NCBI GenBank assembly: GCA_027066995.1
Contig: JAMOMQ010000166.1
Span: forward strand, 192-64,191
Source of the DNA: Flavobacteriales bacterium
GTDB taxonomy: Bacteria; Bacteroidota; Bacteroidia; Flavobacteriales; Flavobacteriaceae
DNA length: 64,000 bases
Reading direction: 5' to 3'
This document shows positions 10,116 to 18,591 of this stretch, piece by piece (the first letter of the stretch is position 1; each line of letters starts with the position of its first letter). The notes under the pieces are model-generated. The model saw only the letters and a program-made list of their open reading frames with translations. It was not told the DNA's origin and did no database searches. The position numbers and the translations under genes were made by a program.

Positions 10116-10298
10116 GTGGATACATGGAAAAATGCAGAATGCATGAGCAGTTCTTCAAGACCAACTTACACATATGAATTGAAAGACCATAAAATTAGAA
10201 TCGAACTTCATTGGAGGATTAAGTGTGATGGTCGAAAAATTTTTGAGAAAGATTACAGTGGCTATTATGACTTGAAAACAATGAAAATAGAAAAATAA
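10116..10298 (+). CDS. Hypothetical 60-aa ORF, in frame with 9699..10079 (possible 3' half of a disrupted gene)
   Basis: 10116-9699 = 417 = 3 x 139. The codons between the TGA and 10116 (QEFWEKIVPKEDV) are open. Confidence 0.35.
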   Translation: MDTWKNAECMSSSSRPTYTYELKDHKIRIELHWRIKCDGRKIFEKDYSGYYDLKTMKIEK

Positions 10299-10525
10299 CT
10301 ACAGGCAACAACAAATATACGGCATTTGGCAAGTAGTGCTAAAAATGAAGATGTTAGCAATAAATAAAATTAGTCCTAACTTGAAAACGAAATGTTTTAA
10401 ATTACCAAACGCCTCATATTCAAATCGTTAAATGTTATTAAGTAATAGAACCGGATACCTTAAAACATTATTTGCCATAATAAAATTCACCTTCCAACTG
10501 ACAATTTCTCTGTTTACAAAAACAG

Positions 10526-10558
10526 AAAAATCCGTTACTTAATTGCAACGGATTTTTT
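10526..10558. terminator. Bidirectional rho-independent terminator
   Basis: aaaaatccgtt-acttaattgc-aacggatttttt: a 9-bp stem flanked by A and T runs, between convergent genes. Confidence 0.7.
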
Positions 10559-10580
10559 AATTTCTACAAAAACCGGATAT

Positions 10581-11039
10581 TTATTTTTTTACAAGACCAA
10601 TCATTCTCTTAAAAAATGCAATGTCTCTATCCGGCTCACCATATCTGTAACCTGATATTTTTCCCAAAACTTTTTTACCATCCGGTGACACCGCTACAAA
10701 AGTCGGCACGCCACCCTTGTGATAGAGACCGGCCAATTTATAATTTTGAGCTCTTTGCTCTTTTGACATGGGCTTGCGTCTGGGAAAGTCCACCATTACC
10801 AAAACTACTTTACCGGCCAAATCAATAAATTCCTCATTATGAAATAAATCTCTGTGCATGGCTTTACAAGGCGGACACCAATCCGATCCGGTAAACAACA
10901 TGATGATGGGTTTGTGTTCTTTTTGGGCAATAGTTTTTGCTTGTTCAAAATCTGTCAACCAATTCAAATCCGTATGCGTTTCCTGAGCCGGCAATAGTGA
11001 CCAAGTTAAAAATAAAGTTAAAAGAAATAATTTTTTCAT
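10581..11039 (-). CDS. Secreted thioredoxin-fold protein
   Basis: Signal peptide, a WCPPCK active-site motif (CxxC) and a thioredoxin-like length of 152 aa. Confidence 0.8.
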   Translation of the reverse strand: MKKLFLLTLFLTWSLLPAQETHTDLNWLTDFEQAKTIAQKEHKPIIMLFTGSDWCPPCKAMHRDLFHNEEFIDLAGKVVLVMVDFPRRKPMSKEQRAQNYKLAGLYHKGGVPTFVAVSPDGKKVLGKISGYRYGEPDRDIAFFKRMIGLVKK

Positions 11040-11192
11040 AAATTAATGTTTTAAAAGTTGATAGTGATTTTTCAAAAATAATGCCAAAAATAACCATAAA
11101 ACACAAACATTATACAATATACCTACAAATTTCTTGTAAACATTTATTTTTTTTGTAATTTAGACCAATAAATTAACTAAAAAAGTCTTATT

Positions 11193-13898
11193 ATGAGAAA
11201 AATTACGCTTTGGCTTGTTGTTTTAATAACAGGTTTATTGTCTCAAATGAATGCCCAAGTGCAAACATTTGAAAATACAGCGGTCGGAGACATTCCCACC
11301 GGTTGGGTCAAATACCAAACCGGAAGTGATGATCCCGGCTTTGTAGTTGGAGATGTTACCGGATATGCCCATGACGGCACCCACTACCTTGTACATGAGG
11401 GTGTTGATATAGCCGCCGAATCTACCTCATGGGTGGTAAGTGAAGCCTTTCATTTAGGTGTTGATTACGAATTAAAATTTTACTGGCGTGGTCGTTGGAC
11501 CAGTGCTTATAATTTTACCGGTGTGTATATTTCAACCGCATCAAACGATCCGGTTGCCAATCCCGGTGATTTTACTCTTTTAAAAGAACTATCTCCCACC
11601 AATTACCCCGACACTTGGTTACAATGGAATGAAGAGCAATATGACATGCGCCCTTATAATAACCAAACCGTGTATATTGCCTTTAAATACGTTGGTGATC
11701 ATTCACATGATTTTTTTATAGATGATGTCGGCATCGGACCTATTCCCTATTGTGAAGCACCGGATGATTTATCTGTCACCGACAGAACTCAAACTTCAAT
11801 TACATTAAACTGGAATAACGCTTTAGGTGTTGAAAATTATGATATTATATGGGGGACTCCCGGATTTGACCCCAATACAAGTGGTGCAACACCGGTTACA
11901 GTATATAATTCAAACACTTATGAAGTTACAGGTTTAACCAGTGATACCACTTATGATTTTTATGTCAGAAGTGCATGTTCAAGTTTTAATCAAAGTGCTT
12001 GGGTAGGTCCTGTAACCAGCATGACCAAAGGCACTCCTCCTGCCAATGACGAATGTGACAATGCCATTTCAATCACCGTTAACAATGGTGCAAATTGTAG
12101 TTATACCACTCATGGCACCACACTCAATGCCACTGCGTCACCACAAGACAGCAACATTGCCGGAACGCCAAATGATGACGTTTGGTTTACCTTTGTTGCC
12201 ACACAAGATGCGCATGTCATCTCTCTGTTAAATATCACAGCTGTTTTAGGCTCATCAACTTCTATGGCTATGGCGGTATATGATGGCAGTAACGGTTGCA
12301 ATAATCTAAGTTTAATCAATGATGTCGACGGAAATTCTTTGTCTGCTAACAATTTGATTCCGGGAAACACATACTATCTTAGAGTCTATAGTTCTAATAA
12401 TTCAGCAACTGATGCACAAGAATTTGATATATGTATAGCTGTTCCTCCGGCAAATGATGAATGTGCCAACGCCATTGACTTAACGGTTTATGATGCTTTT
12501 GCTTCCGGAGGTCATGAAGTCAACGGCGACACTACTTTTGCCTCTGATAGCAACATGCACCCTACATGTGATGATTTTGGCACCAATTTAGATTTATGGT
12601 ATACTTTTACCTTACCTGCCGGAGAAGATAGTGTGATGGTACTTACCGGTGGTCAAGAAGGTAGTCGTATTGAAGCAGCTTTATATGATAGTTGCGGCGG
12701 TATAGAATTGGATTGCCAAGGACAAAGTGGTAGTAAAATTTTTACAGGTTTAACAGGAGGACAAACCTATACGCTACAAGTATGGCATGACGATTTTAAT
12801 GCCGGTCCATTTACAATTGCCTTGGAAAAATTACCTCCGCCCCCTACCAATGATGATTGTGCCAATGCCATTAATCTCACAGTTTATGACAGCGGAGCCT
12901 CCGCAGGACACGAAGTGCCTGCTTCTACTACTTCGGCATCAGATAGTAACATGCACCCATCTTGTGATGATGTAGGCACCAACCTCGATTTATGGTATAC
13001 CTTTACCGTACCTGCCGGAGAAAACGGCGTTTTGGTTAAAACCGGCGGTCCTGACGGCAGCAGAATCGAAGCCGCAATTTATGATAGCTGTGGTGGAACG
13101 GAAATCGACTGTCAAGGACAAAGCGACAGTAAAATTTTTACCGGGTTAACCGCAGGACAAACATATACATTACAAGTATGGCATGATGACGCTAATGCCG
13201 GAAGTTTTAATATTGCTATTGAAAAATTGCCACCACCACCGTCCAACGACACTTGTGACAATGCTATGGCATTAACCGTTACTAATTCTTGCGGTCCTGT
13301 TGTTGTCAGTAATTTTAACGCAACCGATTCGGGTGTGCCCGATCCGGGCTGTGCCAACTACTCCGGTGGTGACCTTTGGTTCAGCGCCACCATACCTTCC
13401 AGTGGCAACTTAACTATTGAAACAACTCGTGTAAGCGGTGGCATAACCGATACCGGCATGGCCGTTTATAGTGGCGATTGTAGCGCCCTTTCATTGATTG
13501 AATGCGATGATGACGGCAGTTCCGACGGTTTCTTTTCCATGGTTGAATTAACCGGTAGAACTCCCGGAGAAACTATTTATATCCGTGTATGGGAATATGG
13601 TAATAACAATTTTGGAGAATTTGGTGTTTGTGTTCATGACAGCTCGGTTTCTTTGGAAGAAAACCAAATTGACGGTTTAAAAATTTACCCTAATCCGGCT
13701 AGCAACATACTAAATATTGAGGCAACCAAAACCGTTCAATCAATAAGTATATATAACATTGGCGGCCAAGAAGTTTTATATCTTGAGCCCAATAGTAACC
13801 ATAAGCAAATTGATATTAGCCACCTGACAAATGGTATGTATTATATCAAACTGCAGGTCAACGGTCAATTGACAGCTTATAAATTGATAAAAAAATAA
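11193..13898 (+). CDS. T9SS-secreted multidomain surface protein (MAM/choice-of-anchor-J-like N-domain, FN3, four Cys-containing PPxNDxCxNA modules, T9SS C-terminal sorting domain)
   Basis: Signal peptide. FN3-like stretch LSVTDRTQTSITLNWN...YDFYVRSAC. Four modules start with PPANDEC / PPTNDDC / PPSNDTC. C-terminal LKIYPNPASNILNIE...GMYYIKLQVNG...KLIKK is typical of Por/T9SS CTDs. Confidence 0.85.
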   Translation: MRKITLWLVVLITGLLSQMNAQVQTFENTAVGDIPTGWVKYQTGSDDPGFVVGDVTGYAHDGTHYLVHEGVDIAAESTSWVVSEAFHLGVDYELKFYWRGRWTSAYNFTGVYISTASNDPVANPGDFTLLKELSPTNYPDTWLQWNEEQYDMRPYNNQTVYIAFKYVGDHSHDFFIDDVGIGPIPYCEAPDDLSVTDRTQTSITLNWNNALGVENYDIIWGTPGFDPNTSGATPVTVYNSNTYEVTGLTSDTTYDFYVRSACSSFNQSAWVGPVTSMTKGTPPANDECDNAISITVNNGANCSYTTHGTTLNATASPQDSNIAGTPNDDVWFTFVATQDAHVISLLNITAVLGSSTSMAMAVYDGSNGCNNLSLINDVDGNSLSANNLIPGNTYYLRVYSSNNSATDAQEFDICIAVPPANDECANAIDLTVYDAFASGGHEVNGDTTFASDSNMHPTCDDFGTNLDLWYTFTLPAGEDSVMVLTGGQEGSRIEAALYDSCGGIELDCQGQSGSKIFTGLTGGQTYTLQVWHDDFNAGPFTIALEKLPPPPTNDDCANAINLTVYDSGASAGHEVPASTTSASDSNMHPSCDDVGTNLDLWYTFTVPAGENGVLVKTGGPDGSRIEAAIYDSCGGTEIDCQGQSDSKIFTGLTAGQTYTLQVWHDDANAGSFNIAIEKLPPPPSNDTCDNAMALTVTNSCGPVVVSNFNATDSGVPDPGCANYSGGDLWFSATIPSSGNLTIETTRVSGGITDTGMAVYSGDCSALSLIECDDDGSSDGFFSMVELTGRTPGETIYIRVWEYGNNNFGEFGVCVHDSSVSLEENQIDGLKIYPNPASNILNIEATKTVQSISIYNIGGQEVLYLEPNSNHKQIDISHLTNGMYYIKLQVNGQLTAYKLIKK
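12444..13229 (+). repeat. Two tandem ~393-bp intragenic repeats (modules 2 and 3 of the surface protein)
   Basis: 12444-12833 and 12834-13229 encode near-identical ~131-aa modules (NLDLWYTFT.PAGE...GSRIEAA.YDSCGG.E.DCQGQS.SKIFTGLT.GQTYTLQVWHDD). Confidence 0.85.
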
Positions 13899-13922
13899 TT
13901 TAACATCATAATAATAAACATA

Positions 13923-13951
13923 AAAAACCGTCCAAATTGGGCGGTTTTTTT
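13923..13951 (+). terminator. Rho-independent terminator
   Basis: aaaaaaccgtcc-aaatt-gggcggttttttt, immediately after the stop codon. Confidence 0.75.
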
Positions 13952-14024
13952 ATTTAGATTATATTTTGGTGTGAACAATAATTTATAAACGTATTTTTAA
14001 TAATTAATGATGCGGAATACTATG

Positions 14025-14441
14025 TCAAATCTCAAAAGACTTAAAAATACGGGCACTGGAACGTCCCGGTGCCTTAACTTCTATATCTAAAAAATAACCA
14101 AACGGGGTTTGCGTTGCCTTATAATCGGAATTTTGCAAACGTTGTTCTACCGCATCAAACAAATCTTTTGTCACGTGCGGATTGGCTTTACTATTAGACA
14201 AATGAGCAAACGAATGTAAAATAATATGCTTGGTTTCATTTTTTTTAGCCGCCCATTTTAGACTCTTAACCAATTTGGTTTCAAAATATTTCGAATTTGC
14301 TTCATCTTCCTTTTCCATTTGTATAAAACCTACCAAAACATTATCATAAGTTTTCGCCTCGGTAAAATCCGGTAAATCAAGTAAGGTTTTGATTTGTGGT
14401 TTATAAGCAAACCGGTCACAATAAATCATTAACAGTTTCAT
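14025..14441 (-). CDS. Free-standing homolog of the archaeal-type threonyl-tRNA synthetase editing domain (DTD-like fold)
   Basis: 138 aa. MKLLMIYCDRFAYK, VLVGFIQMEKEDE, HSFAHLSNSKANP and TPFGYFLDIEVKAPG match the blocks I recall from archaeal ThrRS N-terminal editing domains (MRVLLIHSDY.EYE, FAHLS, PFGYY). Confidence 0.6.
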   Translation of the reverse strand: MKLLMIYCDRFAYKPQIKTLLDLPDFTEAKTYDNVLVGFIQMEKEDEANSKYFETKLVKSLKWAAKKNETKHIILHSFAHLSNSKANPHVTKDLFDAVEQRLQNSDYKATQTPFGYFLDIEVKAPGRSSARIFKSFEI

Positions 14442-14562
14442 GTTTGTATATTTTTATTAATTTGAATTTGCTATACCAAATTGACATATATTTTAGTTTG
14501 TTTGTTCTTAGTTAATAAGATTTTTCTCCACATATGCAGAATTATAAATGATAATTAATACC

Positions 14563-14905
14563 GGTCATCTGCACCTGCTCCTTTTTCCTTAACACTTTCA
14601 ACTTTAATCTTTTAATTCTTTTAACCACCGAAGGCACCTAAGAAACACCTAAGGTATCACTCAATCGTCAGCACTCGACCCTTTTTCCTTAGCACTTTCA
14701 ACTTTAATCTTTAAAGCCATGAACCACCGAAGGCACCCAAGAAACACCTAAGGTATCACTCAATCGTCAGCACTCGACCCTTTTTCCTTAATACTTTCAA
14801 CTTTAATCTTTAAAGCCATAAACCACCTAAAACACCCAAGAAACACCTAAGGCATCACTCAGTCGTCTGCACTCGTCCCTTTTTCCTTAGCACTTTTAAC
14901 TTAAT
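14563..14905. repeat. Non-coding tandem repeat, ~99-100 bp unit, about 3.4 copies
   Basis: The anchor ctttttcctt recurs at 14581, 14681, 14780 and 14879. The anchor aaccaccgaaggcacc recurs at 14623, 14722 and 14821 (degenerate). All six frames of the unit contain stops. Confidence 0.9.
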
Positions 14906-14913
14906 ACTAAAAT

Positions 14914-15570
14914 TCACACCTCCCAATCCTCATAAAATTCTTTTAGAAAATCTTCCATAAACCGATGTCTTTTTTCTGCCAATTCTCTCCCTGTATTCGT
15001 GTTCATCATATCTTTGAGTTTGAGCAATTTTTCGTAAAAATGATTAATTGTCGAAGTATCACCTTTTTTATATTCTTCTTTGCTCATGTTCAGATTAACT
15101 TTTAAATCCGGATTATATATGGGATTGTTTTTATGACCTCCATAGACAAAGGCACGTGCAATACCAATGGCGCCAATGGCATCAAGTCGGTCGGCGTCTT
15201 GAATAATTTCCAGTTCCTTACTCGTAAATTTTTGGCCTTCAAACGAATTCTTAAACGAAATATTTTCAATAATCTTGACAATATGCTCAATTGTGCCCTC
15301 ATCAACCTGCTGGGTTTCTAAAAACTCCCGTGCTATTTTGGGTCCAATAGTTTCATCGCCATTGTAAAATTTGGCATCGGCAATATCGTGTAATAAAGCC
15401 CCCAATCGGATAACAAATAAATCGCCACCTTCTTTCTCGGCAATTTTTTCAGACAATTTCAACACACGCAAAATATGCCAAAAATCATGTCCCGCTTCGG
15501 CATCTTCAAGGGTTTTTTTGACAAAATTTCTCGTATTTTGCAAAACCGGTTTTTGTTTTGTTGTATCCAT
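14914..15570 (-). CDS. HD-domain phosphohydrolase (YedJ-like)
   Basis: GHDFWHILRV ... LLHDIAD ... DADRLDAIGAIG motifs of the HD superfamily. Confidence 0.85.
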   Translation of the reverse strand: MDTTKQKPVLQNTRNFVKKTLEDAEAGHDFWHILRVLKLSEKIAEKEGGDLFVIRLGALLHDIADAKFYNGDETIGPKIAREFLETQQVDEGTIEHIVKIIENISFKNSFEGQKFTSKELEIIQDADRLDAIGAIGIARAFVYGGHKNNPIYNPDLKVNLNMSKEEYKKGDTSTINHFYEKLLKLKDMMNTNTGRELAEKRHRFMEDFLKEFYEDWEV

Positions 15571-15657
15571 ATTTCAAAAATACACAAATTAAATGAATGT
15601 TGCTTGAAATTATCTATTCAAAAATGTGTAATTTTAAATGCTCAAAATTCAAGATGA

Positions 15658-18591
15658 ATGAAAATCAACCACAAACTCGAACAACTAAAAAAACAATTGC
15701 AAGGCGAACTGTTTTACGACGACTTGCACCGTCATATTTATGCTACGGACGCATCGGTTTACCGTATGTTGCCCGAAGCGGTGGCTTACCCGAAAATCGA
15801 AAACGATATTAAATTGTTGATTGATTATGCCACCCGTAACAAAACCCATTTAATCCCCCGAACAGCCGGCACTTCTTTAGCCGGACAAGTGGTAGGTAAA
15901 GGCATCATAGTCGATGTTTCCAAATACTTTACACAAATATTAGAGTTGAACGAGCAAGAACAATGGGTGCGGGTGCAACCCGGTGTTATCCGCGATGACC
16001 TCAACCGGTTTTTAGCGCCTTACGGTTTGTGGTTTGCCCCTAATACTTCCACTTCGAGCCGTTGTATGATTGGCGGTATGACCGGTAACAATTCCAGTGG
16101 CTCCACTTCAATAAAATATGGCGTTACCCGTGATAAAATTCTGGAAATCAAAGGTTTTTTGAGCAACGGCGACCAAATTGCTTTCGGCGAAATAGATAAA
16201 GCGACTTTCAACAAAAAACTCTTGCAAAACGACATGGAAGGAAAGATATACCGTCATTTGCGAGATACCTTTATCGACAAAGAAATTCAAAAAGAAATTT
16301 TAGAAAACATGCCTTATCCCGAAATACACCGGCGTAACAACGGATATGCCTTGGATAACTTGATAGACAACGAAGTTTTCGGAGTATCCGACAAAAAATT
16401 CAATTTCGGTAAAGTCATTGCCGGTTCGGAAGGCACTTTGATGTTTATGACCGAACTCAAAATAAAACTCGACAAAATACAACCGCCCGAACGCCTAATG
16501 GTAGCCGCGCATTTTCGTAGCATTGACGAAAGTATGCACGCCGTAGCACCGGCTATGCAACACGATTTGTATCAATGTGAATTGATGGACGACATTATTT
16601 TGGAACAAACCAAAAAAAGTCCGAAATACAAATCATATCGCGACTTTATTGTCGGCGAACCCAAAGCAATTTTGATGCTGGAACTACGAGGAAAGGATAA
16701 AAACAAACTTAAAGAACAAGCCCAAAACTTAATAGAAGACTTACAAACAAAAAATTTAGGTTATGCTTATCCGCTGTTGCCCGGCAATGAAGCCGCCAAA
16801 GCCGAAGAATTGCGAAAAGCCGGATTGGGATTGTTAGGCAACTTACCCGGCGACGACAAAGCCGTAGCAGGCATAGAAGATACCGCCGTGCGAATTGAGG
16901 ATTTACCACCCTATATTGCCGATTTTTCAAAAATAATGAAAGAAAAAGGCAAAACGCCGGTATATTTTGCACATGCCGGTGCCGGTGAAATCCATTTGCG
17001 ACCTATATTAAATCTAAAAAAATCGGTTGATGTGCGTATTTATCGCGAATTGGTCAGCGAAGTGGCTGATTTGGTGCACCGGTATAAAGGTTCGCTAAGC
17101 GGTGAACACGGCAGCGGTATTGTGCGGGCGGAATTTATTCCGGTTATTGTCGGTCAAAAAAATTACGAGTTGATGAAAGACTTAAAAACCTTGTTTGACC
17201 CGCAAAATATTTTTAACCCGCATAAAATAGTTGATCCGTATCCGATGGATAAAAACTTGCGTTACGAACCGGACAGAAAAGAGCCGGAAATACCGACTGT
17301 TTTTGACTTTACGGTAGAAGGTGGCATATTACGTGCTGCCGAAAAATGTAACGGTTCCGGTGACTGCCGAAAACCGCCCGAAGCCGGTGGCGTCATGTGT
17401 CCCAGCTATCAAGCAACCCGCGATGAAAAAAACACCACCCGCGCCCGTGCCAATGCCTTACGAGAGTTTTTAACAAATTCCGAAAAAGCCAATAAATTTG
17501 ACTACGATGAACTTTATGAAACTTTAAGCTTGTGTCTTTCTTGCAAAGCCTGTAAAAGCGAATGCCCGTCCACCGTGGATATGGCCATGATGAAAACCGA
17601 ATTTTTGTATTGGTATCAAAAAGCCAATGGTTTTAGCCTCCGCAATAAAATGTTTGCTAATAGCGGAAAAATCAATGCTGTTTTTAGTAAAATTCCTTCG
17701 GTTTATAACTTTTTTATCCGTCAAAATTGGTTTGCCGGTTTGTTTAAAAAGATTTCGGGAATTGCCCGGCAACGCTCATTACCCGCTTTGGAAAAAGAAA
17801 ATTTATACCGGTGGATAAACAAACAACCCGGGGTATTAAAATCCAAACAAAAAATCAAGCAAAAGGTTTATGTATTTGTGGACGAATTTACCGCTTATAT
17901 GGACACACAAGCCGGCAAAGACGTCCTCAAAGTATTGACAACTCTGGGTTACGAAGTAAAAGTTCTAAAATCCGCCGAAAGCGGACGGGCCTATATCTCC
18001 AAAGGTTTTTTGGAACAAGCACAAAAATTGGCTTATAAAAACGTGCAATTATACGAGGGACTTATCAACGAAAACACCCCGTTGATAGGAATTGAACCTT
18101 CGGCAATTTTGATGTTTAGAGACGAATATTTGCGGCTTATCAAAGATGAAAACTTGAAAAAATCAGCAGAAAAAATAGCAAAAAACACTTATCTTTTTGA
18201 GGAATTTATCAAACGCGAATACGAAGCCAGAAATATCTCCGATAGTGATTTTACCGAAGCGTCTCAAAAAATTACCTTGCATGTGCACTGTCATCAAAAA
18301 GCTTTGGGTAATCAAGAGGACAGCGCTTTTGTATTGTCTATACCCAAAAACTATGAAGTGGAATTATTAGATGCCGGTTGTTGCGGTATGGCGGGTAGTT
18401 TCGGTTACGAAAAAGAACATTATGATTTGAGCATGAAAATAGGCGAATTGCGTCTCTTCCCGGCATTGCGTAAAACGGACAAAACCACACAAATAGCCGC
18501 TTCGGGCACGAGTTGTCGCCACCAAATCCACGATGGGGTGCACAAGCATAGCGAACACCCGGCGAGTATTCTATGTAGGGCTTTAAAGTAA
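15658..18591 (+). CDS. FAD-binding oxidase fused to an Fe-S/CCG domain (YdiJ-like D-2-hydroxyacid dehydrogenase)
   Basis: 977 aa. N-terminal PCMH-type FAD domain (RTAGTSLAGQ), a ferredoxin-like CLSCKACKSECPS motif and a C-terminal CCGMAGSFG (CCG) domain. Same architecture as E. coli YdiJ. Confidence 0.8.
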   Translation: MKINHKLEQLKKQLQGELFYDDLHRHIYATDASVYRMLPEAVAYPKIENDIKLLIDYATRNKTHLIPRTAGTSLAGQVVGKGIIVDVSKYFTQILELNEQEQWVRVQPGVIRDDLNRFLAPYGLWFAPNTSTSSRCMIGGMTGNNSSGSTSIKYGVTRDKILEIKGFLSNGDQIAFGEIDKATFNKKLLQNDMEGKIYRHLRDTFIDKEIQKEILENMPYPEIHRRNNGYALDNLIDNEVFGVSDKKFNFGKVIAGSEGTLMFMTELKIKLDKIQPPERLMVAAHFRSIDESMHAVAPAMQHDLYQCELMDDIILEQTKKSPKYKSYRDFIVGEPKAILMLELRGKDKNKLKEQAQNLIEDLQTKNLGYAYPLLPGNEAAKAEELRKAGLGLLGNLPGDDKAVAGIEDTAVRIEDLPPYIADFSKIMKEKGKTPVYFAHAGAGEIHLRPILNLKKSVDVRIYRELVSEVADLVHRYKGSLSGEHGSGIVRAEFIPVIVGQKNYELMKDLKTLFDPQNIFNPHKIVDPYPMDKNLRYEPDRKEPEIPTVFDFTVEGGILRAAEKCNGSGDCRKPPEAGGVMCPSYQATRDEKNTTRARANALREFLTNSEKANKFDYDELYETLSLCLSCKACKSECPSTVDMAMMKTEFLYWYQKANGFSLRNKMFANSGKINAVFSKIPSVYNFFIRQNWFAGLFKKISGIARQRSLPALEKENLYRWINKQPGVLKSKQKIKQKVYVFVDEFTAYMDTQAGKDVLKVLTTLGYEVKVLKSAESGRAYISKGFLEQAQKLAYKNVQLYEGLINENTPLIGIEPSAILMFRDEYLRLIKDENLKKSAEKIAKNTYLFEEFIKREYEARNISDSDFTEASQKITLHVHCHQKALGNQEDSAFVLSIPKNYEVELLDAGCCGMAGSFGYEKEHYDLSMKIGELRLFPALRKTDKTTQIAASGTSCRHQIHDGVHKHSEHPASILCRALK

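Noticed and set aside
14563-14905. CRISPR array or protein-coding repeat, since 99 bp equals 33 codons.
   Set aside because: The units are contiguous with no unique spacers. Every one of the six frames of the unit contains a stop codon.
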